From the NCBI GenBank assembly GCA_002633005.1, contig NMRA01000848.1, positions 15,257 through 79,256 of the forward strand: DNA of 64,000 nucleotides, given 5' to 3'. This document shows, in pieces, positions 11,645 to 23,725 of this stretch. Source of the stretch: Phoronis australis. Lineage: Eukaryota > Animalia > Phoronida. Numbering within the stretch: the stretch's first letter is position 1; every line of letters starts with the position of its first letter. The notes under the pieces were generated by a model. It was not told where the DNA came from and made no database searches. It saw nothing but the letters and a program-made list of their open reading frames with translations. Made by a program: the position numbers and the translations under genes.

Positions 11645-12500
11645 TGTTTATTTATTTATTTATTTAAACGTCTTTAAACAACTGGGTGACCACTTCGGTG
11701 AATGCACTGATTTCCAAGTGGGCCCAGTCGGAAATAATTACATGAAGTAAAATACAGAGCTACATGTACATGTATGTACAATTAGACTAAGTTAAATAGA
11801 TTAGTATAAAATTGGTTAATATGTACAATTAGATGAATAAATAAGATAAAATAATGATGATCTTAGGTCTATAGTCCCGAACCACACACAATGTCACAAT
11901 ATTTCTGTTTGAAGACGTGGACATTGGGCGCGTTCGCGACGGCAGTCTCCAATCCGTGGTGAGCGACAAAACCTCTGTAGCCAAAAATCCTTTCCCGCAG
12001 TTGTTTTTAGGTTTATCTGGCTCCAGGCAGCCTGAAACACTCGCTCTAGTGTTGTAATTGTGAGAATCTCTGACTGCTTTGAATTTAGTAGTAAGGTAAT
12101 TAGGTGTGAGGCTATGTGTGGGTTTGTACACCATTAAGCTTCAATGAAAGGCACACCTGTCTCCCGTTCAGTAACGCTAGGACCTCGCTAAAAAGCAAGA
12201 CTTCGCGAGATTACGTGAGATATTGCCGTGTATTTTAAAAAAGAACACGTGACCTTGACTAGATTTTAGCTAGGTCCTAGCGTAGGTCCTAGCGTCTACT
12301 GAGCGCACGCCTGCTGACAAGGCTACACCAACATACATGTAGTGTGTCGAGGAGGTCAGAAATAGGAAAGTCATTATAAAGGCCACTACATGTATAATTG
12401 AGTATCAGCCTCCCAGCCTTGTTTCGTAATTTTTGAAGTCTATCTTGGAGGTATGATGCACTGTTAGCCCACACAACATCAAAGTAATCAAAGCGTGGTA
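11645..12500 (-). mobile_element. 3' fragment of a CR1/L2-like LINE, interrupted by a MITE
   Basis: LIVPRFDYFDVVWANS...LQKLRNKAGRLIL and H.YNTR post-RT motifs; (TAAA)n tail at ~11645-11665. Confidence 0.7.
12156..12313 (+). mobile_element. MITE family B, copy 1
   Basis: TIR CGTTCAGTAACGCTAGGACCT ... AGGTCCTAGCGT(C)TACTGA; homologs at 13688-13842 and 42683-42843. Confidence 0.8.
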
Positions 12501-12501
12501 C

Positions 12502-12682
12502 AATTAATCTATCGCCAAGATTTTGAGTGATGGCATAACCGACCATTTAGAACTCATCATTCTTAATGACACAACCTCATTTCCAAGCCGCCATTTTACC
12601 CGACAAACATCACGTTGCCTGGTAAAACGTATTGTTTGTTAATCGATATTACGCAAGGGGGCGGGCTTCCTATAGGTCAATT
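12502..12682 (-). mobile_element. MITE family A, copy 2
   Basis: Reverse-orientation homolog of 934-1111. Confidence 0.8.
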
Positions 12683-12911
12683 ACACTTTTGTTCAGAGTC
12701 GGGGGAGTAGCCTGATCAACATAGCTCCTGACTGTACAAAAGCCCAATCCACTGACGTTTTGCACACATACTCAACATGTTCGTCCCACGATAATGTTCA
12801 ACCCATACGTGAAAGTATACTGTTTTGATGCAATTGTGAACGTGTGATTTACCAAATGGTCATCACCATTGTCTTTTGTCACTTACCATCAGGCAGTTAT
12901 TGTAATTCCAG

Positions 12912-13023
12912 GTTTGCGACAACACGGGAAGTTGCCACTGTGACTACGGCTATGCACCACCAGAGTGTAACACTTCCGGTTATGGCGGAAGTATCGTCGG
13001 AGGTCAGCCCAATTCTAGATCCA
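12912..13023 (+). CDS. ADAM-like gene A, exon: EGF-like domain
   Basis: cag|VCDNTGSCHCDYGYAPPECNTSGYGGSIVGGQPNSRS|gtgagt; matches the ADAM EGF pattern VCNN..CHC..G.APP.C...G.GGS; phase 0-1. Confidence 0.9.
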
Positions 13024-13266
13024 GTGAGTGTGGCAACATGCAAACTGAAATTTAACAATCCCAATTTGAAATCACCACGAGTGTCCATGGGAGGTTTAAT
13101 TAAAAATGATGGTCAATACACTCTCGTAGTCTGTTTCTGCTTATTACATTTTTATCACTACGGAGTGGTGACTAAATTTTCTCTTAAATGTTTTGAATTT
13201 TCTTTTTTTACTTAGAAGTACGTGTATTTACTACCGCGTTATATTAATTCTGATTTATGTGTGAAG

Positions 13267-13437
13267 TCGATGGAAGCTGGAGCACGTCTGTGGACTGGTC
13301 GCGCTGTAACGCTACTTGCGGAGGAGGTTTTCGATACAGAAAGAGAACGTGTACTAACCCTCGACCGCAGTTCGGTGGCTCATTTTGCAAGGGGAGCTCG
13401 ACAGTCATAGAGGAATGTAATGAATTGCTGTGCCAGT
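13267..13437 (+). CDS. ADAM-like gene A, exon: thrombospondin type-1 repeat 1
   Basis: DGSWSTSVDWSRCNATCGGGFRYRKRTCTNPRPQFGGSFC...EECNELLC; 171 nt, phase 1-1. Confidence 0.92.
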
Positions 13438-13687
13438 GTAAGCACAAGTACTTTATCCAACATGGTCAACTTAGAGTTCTAGTACGAAATTGTCATTTGC
13501 TATTTCTGTTGCACTATTGTCATGGACAAACATGTCAATTACCGCAAATGTCAGTCACAATGCATATCTTGCCGATAGCACAGACATTTGGTTTCATCTG
13601 CCATCCGCCTCTGTTGCAACACATCAACATTTGTTCAATGTTGGCTACGTGTTGTCCTAGGCACATGATATACAAAGGCAAAGTGGT

Positions 13688-13842
13688 CCTGCCTCTCGAT
13701 CAGTAACGCAAGGACCTCGCTAAGAACCAAAACTTTACGATATTATGTGAGATATTGCTGTGTTTTAAATTAGAACACGTGACTTTGGCTAGATTATTGC
13801 TAGGCCCAAGCGTTGGTCTTAGAGTAACTGAACGCACGCCTG
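13688..13842 (+). mobile_element. MITE family B, copy 2
   Basis: Diverged homolog of 12156-12313. Confidence 0.75.
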
Positions 13843-14554
13843 ATCTTGATACCGCGTGCATAACATGGCAGTTTGTGTAGATCTCCGAATCTCAAATTGT
13901 CGTTTTTTGTTGACGCGGAGTTTTATCTTTACAATAGTTATACTGGTGCAAAAGGCGTATTCCATGTGGTGTTAAAGACAGTTGCTTCATACACACTTGT
14001 TCACCATGGTGGTCTTAAAGTCACTAATGGTACAGCACAGTGACACACACAAGCAGTGCTGTAGTAGGGCGTAGACGCTCGCTGCCATCTTTTGGCATTT
14101 GAACGTAGCGCCCACGTACCGTAAGTTACGTTCAGTGCTCAAGGTGATACGGTGGGCTCTGGGCGCCTACTTACCTCTAATTTTACCACTACCGCACTGC
14201 ACACAAGTAATACAAAGCCTCCATTATGATGCTGATGTAGGCTTGCGGCGTAGTACAGTCACCTGATCTTTTCCCGCGCATTTTGGGGAAATTTTCATAT
14301 TCTAACGTAATTTGAGATAATAAATGTGCACAATGCACCCAAATTTTATTAACTATCAAGCACTTTTGACATGAACTTGACAGTCTCTGAGCACGCTCCT
14401 ACTTGTTCACTCTCTATATATGTTGCGCCAATTTAACTTGCCTTGTCCAACAGCACGTATACAATGAATAACATGCTATGGTATGGCGAACATTTACCCG
14501 TTGCCTATAGGTTTGGGAATGTCACAAACCTGTAGAAGATTCTATTTACCGCAG

Positions 14555-14725
14555 TCGAAGAAAGATGGAGCCTTTTCTCGCCCTGGTCAGAATGTAACGC
14601 TACTTGTGGTGGAGGTGTGCAAATTAGGACAAGAACATGCAATCGACTGCCTCCTCAGGAGGGTGGCGGCACGTGCATAGGTGATGGCTTGTCTGTCGAG
14701 GAGTGCAACGTGGCACCATGTTTAG
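14555..14725 (+). CDS. ADAM-like gene A, exon: thrombospondin type-1 repeat 2
   Basis: EERWSLFSPWSECNATCGGGVQIRTRTCNRLPPQEGGGTCIGDGLSVEECNVAPCL; 171 nt, phase 1-1. Confidence 0.92.
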
Positions 14726-15062
14726 GTATGCGTGTTACTAGGTCATTGCAACAGCTATCAGCGTCTGGCGGAAGGTTGGCGATGATGCTTCTCTGTCAAA
14801 AATGTTTGCTATAGCTGTTCTCAACTCAATGGATTAACAAATATGCCAGAATTTGGGAGACTGTAAACGGACAGCACCGTTATGAGGTCAATTAAGTTTT
14901 AATTCTGGAAACGAAAACCCAATGTTATCAAAGAGTTCCATTTCTCAAAGTTCCTCGCCTCAGGGGACCGTTTCAAAAGTGATCAAGACATTGTAGCATG
15001 GACAACATTGTCCTCACTTTTGCATACGACATATCACGAGCTGTTTTCTCAATATTTTGTAG

Positions 15063-15205
15063 AAATCATCCGGAAAAAGAATGCGACAATTGTGACCAGC
15101 GGAACAGATGCATACAGGCCCGCACATCGTCAGTTTTACGTAATCACTTTGACAGTCGCGTTGTACAAAACAATTTGTTTGATATCTAAGATGTCCCGAC
15201 AATAA
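15063..15205 (+). CDS. ADAM-like gene A, terminal exon (hydrophobic, GPI-signal-like tail)
   Basis: tag|EIIRKKNATIVTSGTDAYRPAHRQFYVITLTVALYKTICLISKMSRQ*; phase-compatible; AATAAA at 15201 and 15215. Confidence 0.7.
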
Positions 15206-15599
15206 ACCGAAACCAATAAAGGGTGGCAGATATCATTTACATGTACACTGTAACTGGCTTGTTAGCATCACGTTCGTCTTACATTCGGTTACATTTTCAT
15301 CATATTGTGGTAATCCTTGATATAGTCCATGTCTTTTGTATCGGTGGTTTCATATCTGGTAAAACTAAATAACCACTAGCGGCATTTATGGGTGATTTTC
15401 AGGAATAGTGCGTTGGAGTACGGCTGTCGACTCAAATCATGTAAAGAATCTGATGAAAAACATTATACCTCTGAGATCAGCATAAGTGGAAACCCGGGTC
15501 CACTGCAAAATGATTTTTGATGCGAATTAGACGATACAAGCATAATATACAAATTGAAAATAACTGAGCTTCAAAGTGCCTCGTATGGACACGTAGACT

Positions 15600-16050
15600 T
15601 CTAAGAAAATCTTTTGTGTTAAATGTTGTCTTTCAAGCTGATTTAAATCTGTAAACGGCAGATCTGGCTTCCATAGACCCCTGGAAATCGTGAAGACTAC
15701 TCTTGAATAAGACGACCAAATTTTTCTATTAGCTAATTTTTTGCGCTTGCGGAATGCAGCTCACATTTTCAAGCTTCCAGTGTTAACACCGGAAGATTAC
15801 GTGCCAACAAGTACTCAGAGTGCATTGAAATCGACAGCAACGCCGAAGATGAAATTGAACGAGTTAGGATATTGAACATACATGTACATAAATACAGAAA
15901 CCATGGGCGAAGATTGTTTAAACGCATAGTGGTTCTTGATTTCAACAATTTTAGAACATTTAAATACATGTATATTATAAACAAAATCATTAGTGCCAAG
16001 ATGACATTTCTAACAAAATATCGCAGTGTATAGTGAAGCTATCAGGAAGC
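15600..16050 (-). mobile_element. Possible LINE ORF1 SGNH-esterase remnant
   Basis: Minus strand HLGTNDF (G-x-ND block) followed by NILTR in a broken frame. Confidence 0.35.
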
Positions 16051-16624
16051 ATCATTGCGACAAAACATCAATGACAACGCTTATATTTAATAGTTCCATC
16101 TGTCAACAGTCCAGATACATGTAACATGATTTTAGGAAACGACAGAATATAGATTGATCACGCGACAACAGAGTTAAGAGTCTGGTGTGAACAGGGTGAT
16201 TTTGAAAATACTATTTTTGCTTAAAACTGCTGTACTACTGTTTTTCCAATCAGAAAAACAAAATTAGATTTAGTTGTCTTACTGTTAAAAAATCGGTGTA
16301 ACATGATAGACTTTGAATTCTGTTACCCAGAATATTCCAATGTGGATAGAAATGAGAAGCTGTTAGAGATCTTTTCGAATCATTATTTGTGTTGGGCACC
16401 TTCGGCGTTTGTTGTAAAGTCTATGGCAAGCGCGTCGTAACAATCATTCAAACATTGATGAAGTGATTGGTACGCACCACAAATGTGTCTCTAAGTGCTA
16501 TGTGTGAATTACTTTTTCTGATTTCGATCAAGATGATGTGGCAACGCGACGCGCCACGAGACTGTACGTACAGCGACGCACTGAGGAAAATTATGTCAGG
16601 AACTTGAGATACTGAAATAATTAT

Positions 16625-16710
16625 TTAATTCGGGATCGAGAGATAATTAAATCGGGATCCCGAGCTCCCGAGATAATTAAGTTGGGATCTCGGGATCCTG
16701 AGACAATTAG
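16625..16710. repeat. Short ~30-bp tandem repeat, about 3 copies
   Basis: GAGATAATTAA..GGGATC.CG unit repeated. Confidence 0.7.
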
Positions 16711-17359
16711 AAAAGAAACGCGAGATATCATTTTTGGGCACCCTGGCAACTGGCAGATATTGCAGCAGTGTTTGTAAATACATTGAGTAGCCTTCCTAAT
16801 CCGTCTGCATACTTTGCTTGAAATGAAATAACGTAAGCGTAGTGTAAAATAGTACGCGTACAAAGTATAGGAGGTGTACTATAACATTCTAGACGTTGAT
16901 CAACTAATTGCGTGTTGAAAAAACAATTCAACGTGCAAAATGTACTCGTTTCAGAACCTTTGGCGCTTAATAATTGACAACAAGAGTGTTCATTGAAGCA
17001 GTCGTCGGACAACGAAATTTTTCGAAGTCGCGTATGTAGTTCTAATAGTAAAAGCTGTTCCACTTCAAATTACATCAAAACATCGAAATATCCCCCATGC
17101 TAAGACAAACAGTTCATTAGTATCGTTATATAAAGATTTTTAAGGCAACAATTTTAAAAGCGCTATCAACCAGAGGGACTATAGACGCAACGTTCTTGAG
17201 GTGACACGCATTCCTGTATCAAAATCCAGGCACGTAAAATAATTGAACTCCTCACTCAGCGTTCATCTGAAATCGGCAATGTTGCTCCTGGTTCGAAAAT
17301 AGCATGCCTTTAATTATGATTTATATATTAAATTCTAGTCATTTTGAAATTTATCCCTA

Positions 17360-17472
17360 TTAAATTTCACAGACGGAGTAAGCCTTGTACGCGCAAGTGT
17401 CGTCGTCCCACTTCTTGTGGTGTTCTCTGCCAGGATAGTACTTGAATTGAGCACATTCCAGAACGTCTTCAC
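17360..17472 (-). CDS. C-type lectin gene, terminal exon
   Basis: tag|(G)EDVLECAQFKYYPGREHHKKWDDDTCAYKAYSVCEI*; supplies the C-terminal CTLD cysteines and a WND-like motif; in phase with the 18481 donor. Confidence 0.85.
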
Positions 17473-18480
17473 CTACAATTACAACAAGACATCAGAAGAA
17501 GCATTGGAAGAAAATCGAAAGGGAGAGTTCACATGTTACATCAACACTTGAGGAGGGTTTGGAATAGATGGCAACTTATGGCGGGTGGATGGGGTACAAA
17601 AATAGTGACGTCATCGCGTGGTTTATTTGAATATCTCCATCGCAGAAAGTTGGGAAATTGGTAATACTTTCTAACGGAATGGCTGTTTTCCAAACCTAGA
17701 ACCGTTTCACGCTTCCAATATGTGATCACTAGGCGTACATCATAAAGATATAGAGATGAAGGAAAGATCCACTTCAACACTGCCTAAACGTATTCACTGA
17801 CAATCAATACAATGACATTAGGACTTTATCAGAATGTCCAGGGACTGGCGCTTATTTTTACCAGGGATCACTTCTTATAATTTCTAATTAAAGAAATTGC
17901 ATTCATGGAATAGTTTATGTAACATTAGAAACGGCAATTTGATATTTGAATTGGCGAACTTTAATTCTTTGCCGAATACAATAACGACAAATGGAACTTG
18001 CAATTACAAAGAAACGTTAGTAAGTCACAAGAAATCATTAAGTCGAACTGGCGGTTCTTCCAAAACAGGGGATATGGCCGTGATGACGTCAGTATAGGCT
18101 GGACGGTGGTTATATCATGATGACAGGTGACGAATAAGGGGTAGGGATACAGTAAGTTCCAAATTTTGGATGACTTAATATGTTCGTTGATGTCTCACAT
18201 AAGCTCCAACGCAGTGCAGATGAGAGCTGCAGCTTTCCTGAAGTCTAGTCCACATCTTCAAATTGTAAAAAAGCCCAGTATTCGAAATCTGTTACCAAAT
18301 TGCTCGCAGACACATGACATTTTCTGGACGGGAAAGTCACAAAAATTGGATTGCGATGTATATGAATTTTGAAAAATCAATGGCTGAGGGACAAGTCTAA
18401 TTTACAAACAAACAACATGGCCAGCCATTGTTTAAAGGCTACCCGCGTAAGTCAACATTAAACAACAATCGTGAGATTAC

Positions 18481-19057
18481 CATCTTGCCACCAGTTTGTG
18501 AAGCTGAAAGGTGTCTTTGATGCAGCCCAAGTCCAAATGCTGTTTACCTTCTTGCCGCCTAAATGGTACCAATGTTCTCTAAGTGCGCGTCGCTGATCCA
18601 TTAATGATATCAAAGCCTCATATTTCTCACGTGTTTGCGCCTCAACTAAGTGACTCGCGTATAGACGGCAACGCGCGGTGGCGTTATCGTAGGTCAAATC
18701 TTCGTATATGAACTTGTAACAGCCAAAATCATTGAGATAAAAGCCGTGAGGGCATAATTTATCTTCCACCAAATTCTTGAAATGGTCAATAACTCTTCGC
18801 GTCTCTTTCATGATAAAGATCCTTGCGGCATACCCTTGCGACGAAAGGGCGTGTTCCAACTTCGTGGTCTGTACCGTGATCTTAGTGTCCAGCCACCTGA
18901 TCGAATCGTTCAACTGTTTTCCTATCTTCTGTAATAAAAACTCTTGTTTCCGGAACATGTGCAGGAGAGGATCATCGGGACTGTGTGTCTTGTTTAACGC
19001 CGTAGATTTATACGAGAGGCTTAAGACAAAACTTAAAATCACCAGATAGCGTAACAT
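18481..19057 (-). CDS. Secreted C-type lectin, exon 1 (signal peptide, helical neck, CTLD N-part), copy A
   Basis: Hydrophobic N-terminus, then CPHGFYLNDFGCYKF...A.ARC...SHLV...LGG...WTW...FTNW; donor GATG|gtaat at 18480. Confidence 0.92.
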
Positions 19058-19143
19058 GTTAGTACCGTTCAGTTCCTTCGGTTATTTACACAGTGTGTAC
19101 CTGGTAATGAGCTAATTTTTATCATCATGTCACTGTAGCTCAG

Positions 19144-19150
19144 TTTTATA
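19144..19150 (-). promoter_or_regulatory. Candidate TATA box of the lectin gene
   Basis: TATAAAA about 90 bp upstream of the ATG; retained in copy B. Confidence 0.45.
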
Positions 19151-20700
19151 GACGGCGAAGCGTTAACACATGAAAGCACGACCTTTTCATCATGTGGGTG
19201 GGGTAAAGGCGGATTCTTAACATTATGCTATCACTCCAAAGAGTTTGTCCGTACGTAAATATTTAGGTGCCTATACTTAGTGGATCGGGAGGCTAGACAA
19301 AACAACTCTGCAGTACCGAGGGTTTTGACTACACTCCAATTTTTTTTTGAATGACAAACTAAGCTTGATGCGCTGTTCGACCGTTAAAAAGGTTTAGTTA
19401 TAAACATGCCACGCTAAATCAAAAGTTTTCCGTGAGCACTGCATGTATAACCCATAGGTAAACTTTATCTGCAAACAGTTTAAGTCACGTAATCCGTTTA
19501 AAAGGTTTTTAAAACATCGCGAATCTGCATAAAAACCTTTGAAACATACTCTCTGATACTTAATTAGAATTTTTCGTAAGTATGGGGTCGATCTACAGCC
19601 TGTACATAGTGTTTCTTTTATTTTTATTTTCTTCAGAATGTGACGGGACGTTCGTAACTTGACGCTTATTGTTATTCTTATTTAGTTGCAAATGTTCAGT
19701 TATTCTTATGCTAATGTCTTTGTTGCGTGTCAGTGCGCCTTTGTTACGTGGGCATGTGGGCGCGACTGTATGTGTCGGGCACTTCGCTAGCGACAGGCTT
19801 AGGAGAANGTACAAAAATAGTGACGTCATCGCGTGGTTTATTTGAATATCTCCATCGCAGAAAGTTGGGAAATTGGTAATACTTTCTAACGGAATGGCTG
19901 TTTTCCAAACCCAGCGCCGTTTCACGCTTCCAAGATGTGATCACTAGGTGTACCTCATAAACATGTAGAGAAGAAGGAAAGATCCACTCCAACACTGCCT
20001 AAGCGTATTCACTGACAATCAATACAATGACATTAGGGCTTTATCAGAATGTCCAGGGACTGGCGCTTATTTTTACCAGGGGCCATTTCTTATAATTTAT
20101 AATTAAATAAATTGTATTCATGGAATAGTTTATGTAACATTAGAAACGGCAATTTGATATTTGAATTGGCGTACTTTAATTCTTTGCCGAATACAATAAC
20201 GACAAATGGAACTTGCAATTACAAAGAAACGTTAGTAAGTCATAAGAAATCATGAAGTCGAACTGGCGGTTCTTCCAAAACAGGGGATATGGCCGTGATG
20301 ACGTAATTATAGGTTGGTCGGTGGTTATATCATGATGACAGGCGACGAATAAGGGGTAGGAAGGTAATAAGTGCCAAATTTTGGATGACTTAATACAGTA
20401 TGTGCGTTGATGTCTCACATAATCTCCAACGCAGTGCAGATGAGAGCTACAGCTTTCCTGATGTCTAGTCCACATCTTCAAACTGTAAAAAAGCCCAGTA
20501 TTTGAAATCTGTTACTAAATTGCTCGCAGACACATGACATTTTCTGGACGGGAACATCACAAAAATTGGATTCCGATATATATGAATTTTGAAAAAACAA
20601 TGGCTGAGGGACTAGTCTAATTTACAAACAAACAACATGGCCAACCATTGCTTAAAGGCTACCCGTGTACGTCAACATTAAACAACAATCGTGGTATTAC

Positions 20701-21277
20701 CATCTTTCCACCAGTTTGTGAAGCTGAAAGGTGTCTTTGATGCAGCCCATGTCCAAATGCTGTTCACCTTCTTGCCGCCTAAATGGTAGAAGTGTTCTCT
20801 AAGTGCGCCCCGCTGATCCATTAATGATATCAAAGCCTCATATTTCTCACGTGTTTGCGCCTCAACTAAGTGACTTGCGTATAGACGGCAACGCGCAGCG
20901 GCGTTATCGTAGGTCAAATCTTCGTATATGAACTTGTAACAGCCAAAATCATTGAGATAAAAGCCGTGAGGGCATAATTTATCTTCCACCAGATTCTTGA
21001 AATGCTCCATAACTCTCCGCGTCTCTTTCATGATAAAGATTCTTGCGGCATACCCCTGCGACGAAAGGGCGTGTTCCAACTTCGTGGTCTGTACCGTGAT
21101 CTTAGTGTCCAGCCACCTGATCGAATCGTTCAACTGTTTTCCTATCTTCTGTAATAAAAACTCTTGTTTCCGGAACATGTGCAGGAGAGGATCATCGGGA
21201 CCGTGTTCCTTGTTTAACGCCGTAGATTCATACGAGAGGCTTAAGACAACACTTAAAATCACCAGATAGCGTAACAT
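20701..21277 (-). CDS. C-type lectin exon 1, copy B (allele or recent paralog; own exon 2 absent)
   Basis: 10 amino-acid differences from copy A; same donor site. Confidence 0.85.
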
Positions 21278-21869
21278 GTTAGTACCGTTCAGTTCCTTCG
21301 GTTATTTACATGTACACAGTGTGTATCTGGTAATGAGCTAATTTTTATCATCATGTCACTGTAGCTCAGTTTTATAGACGGCGAAGCGTTAACACATGAA
21401 AGCACGAACTTTTCATCATGTGGGTGGGATGAAGGCGGATTCTTAACATTATGCTATCACTCCAAAGAGTTTGTCCGTACGTAAATATTTAGGTGCTTAT
21501 ACTTAGTGGAACGGGAGGCTAGACAAAACAACTCTGCAGTACCGAGGGTTTTGACTACACTCAAAGTTATTTTTGAACGATCAACTAAGCTTGATGCGCT
21601 GTTCGACCGTTAAAAGGGTTTAGTTATAAACATGCCACGCTAAAAACAAAAGTTTTCCGTGAGCACTGCATATATAACCCGGCCATAGGTAAACTTTATC
21701 TGCAAACAGTTTAAGTCACGTAATCCGTTTAAAAGGCTTTAAAAACATCGCGAATCTGCATAGAAACCTTTGAAACATACTCTCTGATACTTAATTAGAA
21801 TTTTTCGTAAGTATGGTGTCAATCTACAGCCTGTACATATTGTTTCTTTTATTTTTATTTTCTTCAGAT

Positions 21870-22319
21870 CTGTGTGATCAAAACGAACGAATGTTATCCA
21901 ACACCGTTCGAGGTCAAGGACGGTACGGAAATTGCCGGTTTATCGCGTAAAGTCACGATGTCAATAACTCTACACTTAGCCGCCAGGAGAAAAACTATTG
22001 AGTACTTCCGTAACTCATCGGCAATTTCCGAGCGGTCCAAGATAAAAGTGTGTGTGGGCTTTTTGTGAACATTTTTGTTCTTTGACTGCGAATTTCTTAC
22101 GAAGTCACCGGAACAGGGCACCGTGAATGGTATTGGAAGAAAGAACAATTCTTATTGGTTTGTTGAACCTTTGTTTTGTGTAAATTTATTGAGTTTTATG
22201 TTTGCTATGGACAGCTGAAGTGAAGCACCCGTGGAATTTCTAGTCCGGAGTGTCATACCTTGTAGTATTACATGTACATGTAGTGTATTGGGGACGATCA
22301 GAAGCTGAGGACGCCTGTG
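21870..22319. mobile_element. Partial copy (centre and one arm) of the foldback element at 32970-33673
   Basis: Ends in GATCAGAAGCTGAGGACGCCTGTG, as at 33650-33673. Confidence 0.8.
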
Positions 22320-22450
22320 CTGTTTGTGGTGGGGCGGTCATGTGTTTAGGTGCGTCAGTCCTGTTTGTGGTGGGGCAGTCATGTTTTTAGGTGCGTCAGT
22401 GCTGTTTTGGGTGAGTCGGTCCGATTTAGAGGACCGGCGGTCATGTTGTT
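22317..22450. repeat. ~41-bp minisatellite, 2-3 copies
   Basis: CTGTTTGTGGTGGGGC(G/A)GTCATGT(G/T)TTTAGGTGCGTCAGT repeated. Confidence 0.75.
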
Positions 22451-23488
22451 TCTCACCCGTGAGTATGAGTATCAATACAGGTTGAGCAGGTTACATCTCA
22501 GGTGACTGGATGTTTTGGCTTTGTATTATCTGTGGTGTGGTCTCGATTGGGTAAGTAAATTGCTACGGATAGGGGAAGGTTAATGAAAGTGCTTGCTTTT
22601 ATCTTGTGTATCCTTTATTGGAATTTGAGTGTGGGACTAAAATATGTGCTTGCAGACTGACTTGATCAAGAACACAATCCGTCAGTTTGCATGGCAGAAG
22701 GCCTAAAGAGTGCCTCAAAAAATCACCTATCCTCCTAGAATATCGGCTAATATCAGACTTCTAGCATCAGTATTGACAAGTTAACACAGGAACTAACCTT
22801 AGTTAATTGGTCTGAACACAGCTAGAACGCTGAAGTTTCAATTTCAGGTACACTAACACTTTTGCGAAAATATATATCCTATGGAATATATTGATCAATG
22901 TTATCCATGTGCTGCTTAGAGTGGCATTTTATAGGTGAGTCATGTTTTTAAAGGATCATCGTAGTGTGCATCACCACTACACCAGCAACAAACAACAAGA
23001 CTCCAGCAACAGTGACAACATGAATAGATTAGTGAGCCATATGCAGAGGAATAGGCTTAGGAGCCAATTGATGTTCGGTCTTTTCACATGCAGGTGTGCT
23101 TGGAATCCAAGGCAAGAAACACTCTCGTTTCTAAACGCAATAGAACCGGCTTCTACGTAATTTTGTGTTATCAAGTCACTCTTATTGTTTTCTTTCATCA
23201 GTAATCACACAAGTTTAATAGGTAACAAAACTGAAAAGCTGAAATAAAATATATTTGCTAGGTATCATTAAAATATGCCACATGAAATGCTGAAAATTAT
23301 ACTGTCTTTAAACTTCATTAATAATGGATCGCTGGCTTTTTGAAGAAGAACAACAAGTTTGCAGCTTTGCTGACACCAACAAGAGCGTTGTTGAAAACAA
23401 CATTCCCCTTTATGAGGTCATGTTTAAACTAAAACTCAGAACTAATGTGGCTTGTTTCTTTTTCAGCCTCACATAAGTATATCCGAGG

Positions 23489-23725
23489 ATGAGGGCATTG
23501 TATTCAACTTGCTTTGTCCATGCTCTCTGTGTGTTGGTGGGTATCACCAGCTGTGACTGTCATCATTGTGTACCTGTGGCAGATGCTGAGAAGTCCCCAC
23601 TCAATGAAAAGATATATCAGAAGCAACCTGTCATTGGTATTTTGCTGATGCCTTTGGGTATTTCTTACAAAGACAGTTTGGAAATCCAGTTAAGCAGACC
23701 CCTCTATGCACACGTGACTCTATGA
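23489..23725 (+). other. Orphan signal-peptide-like ORF or first exon
   Basis: MRALYSTCFVHALCVLVGITSC...QPVIGILL; PVIGIL resembles the gamma-glutamyl hydrolase N-terminus; no downstream exons recognised. Confidence 0.3.

Larger units (their letters stand above)
17594..21868. repeat. Direct duplication of ~2.05 kb (17594-19637 / 19809-21868) around the N at 19808
   Basis: The second copy starts immediately after the N and contains only lectin exon 1. Confidence 0.9.

Noticed and set aside
12844-13215. 123-aa ORF
   Set aside because: Wrong frame; the real exon is the EGF at 12912-13023.
16625-16710. Repeat with possible CRISPR-like look
   Set aside because: Tandem units without unique spacers, no cas genes, eukaryotic context.
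18777-21269. Two 90-aa plus-strand ORFs
   Set aside because: Antisense shadows of the lectin exons.
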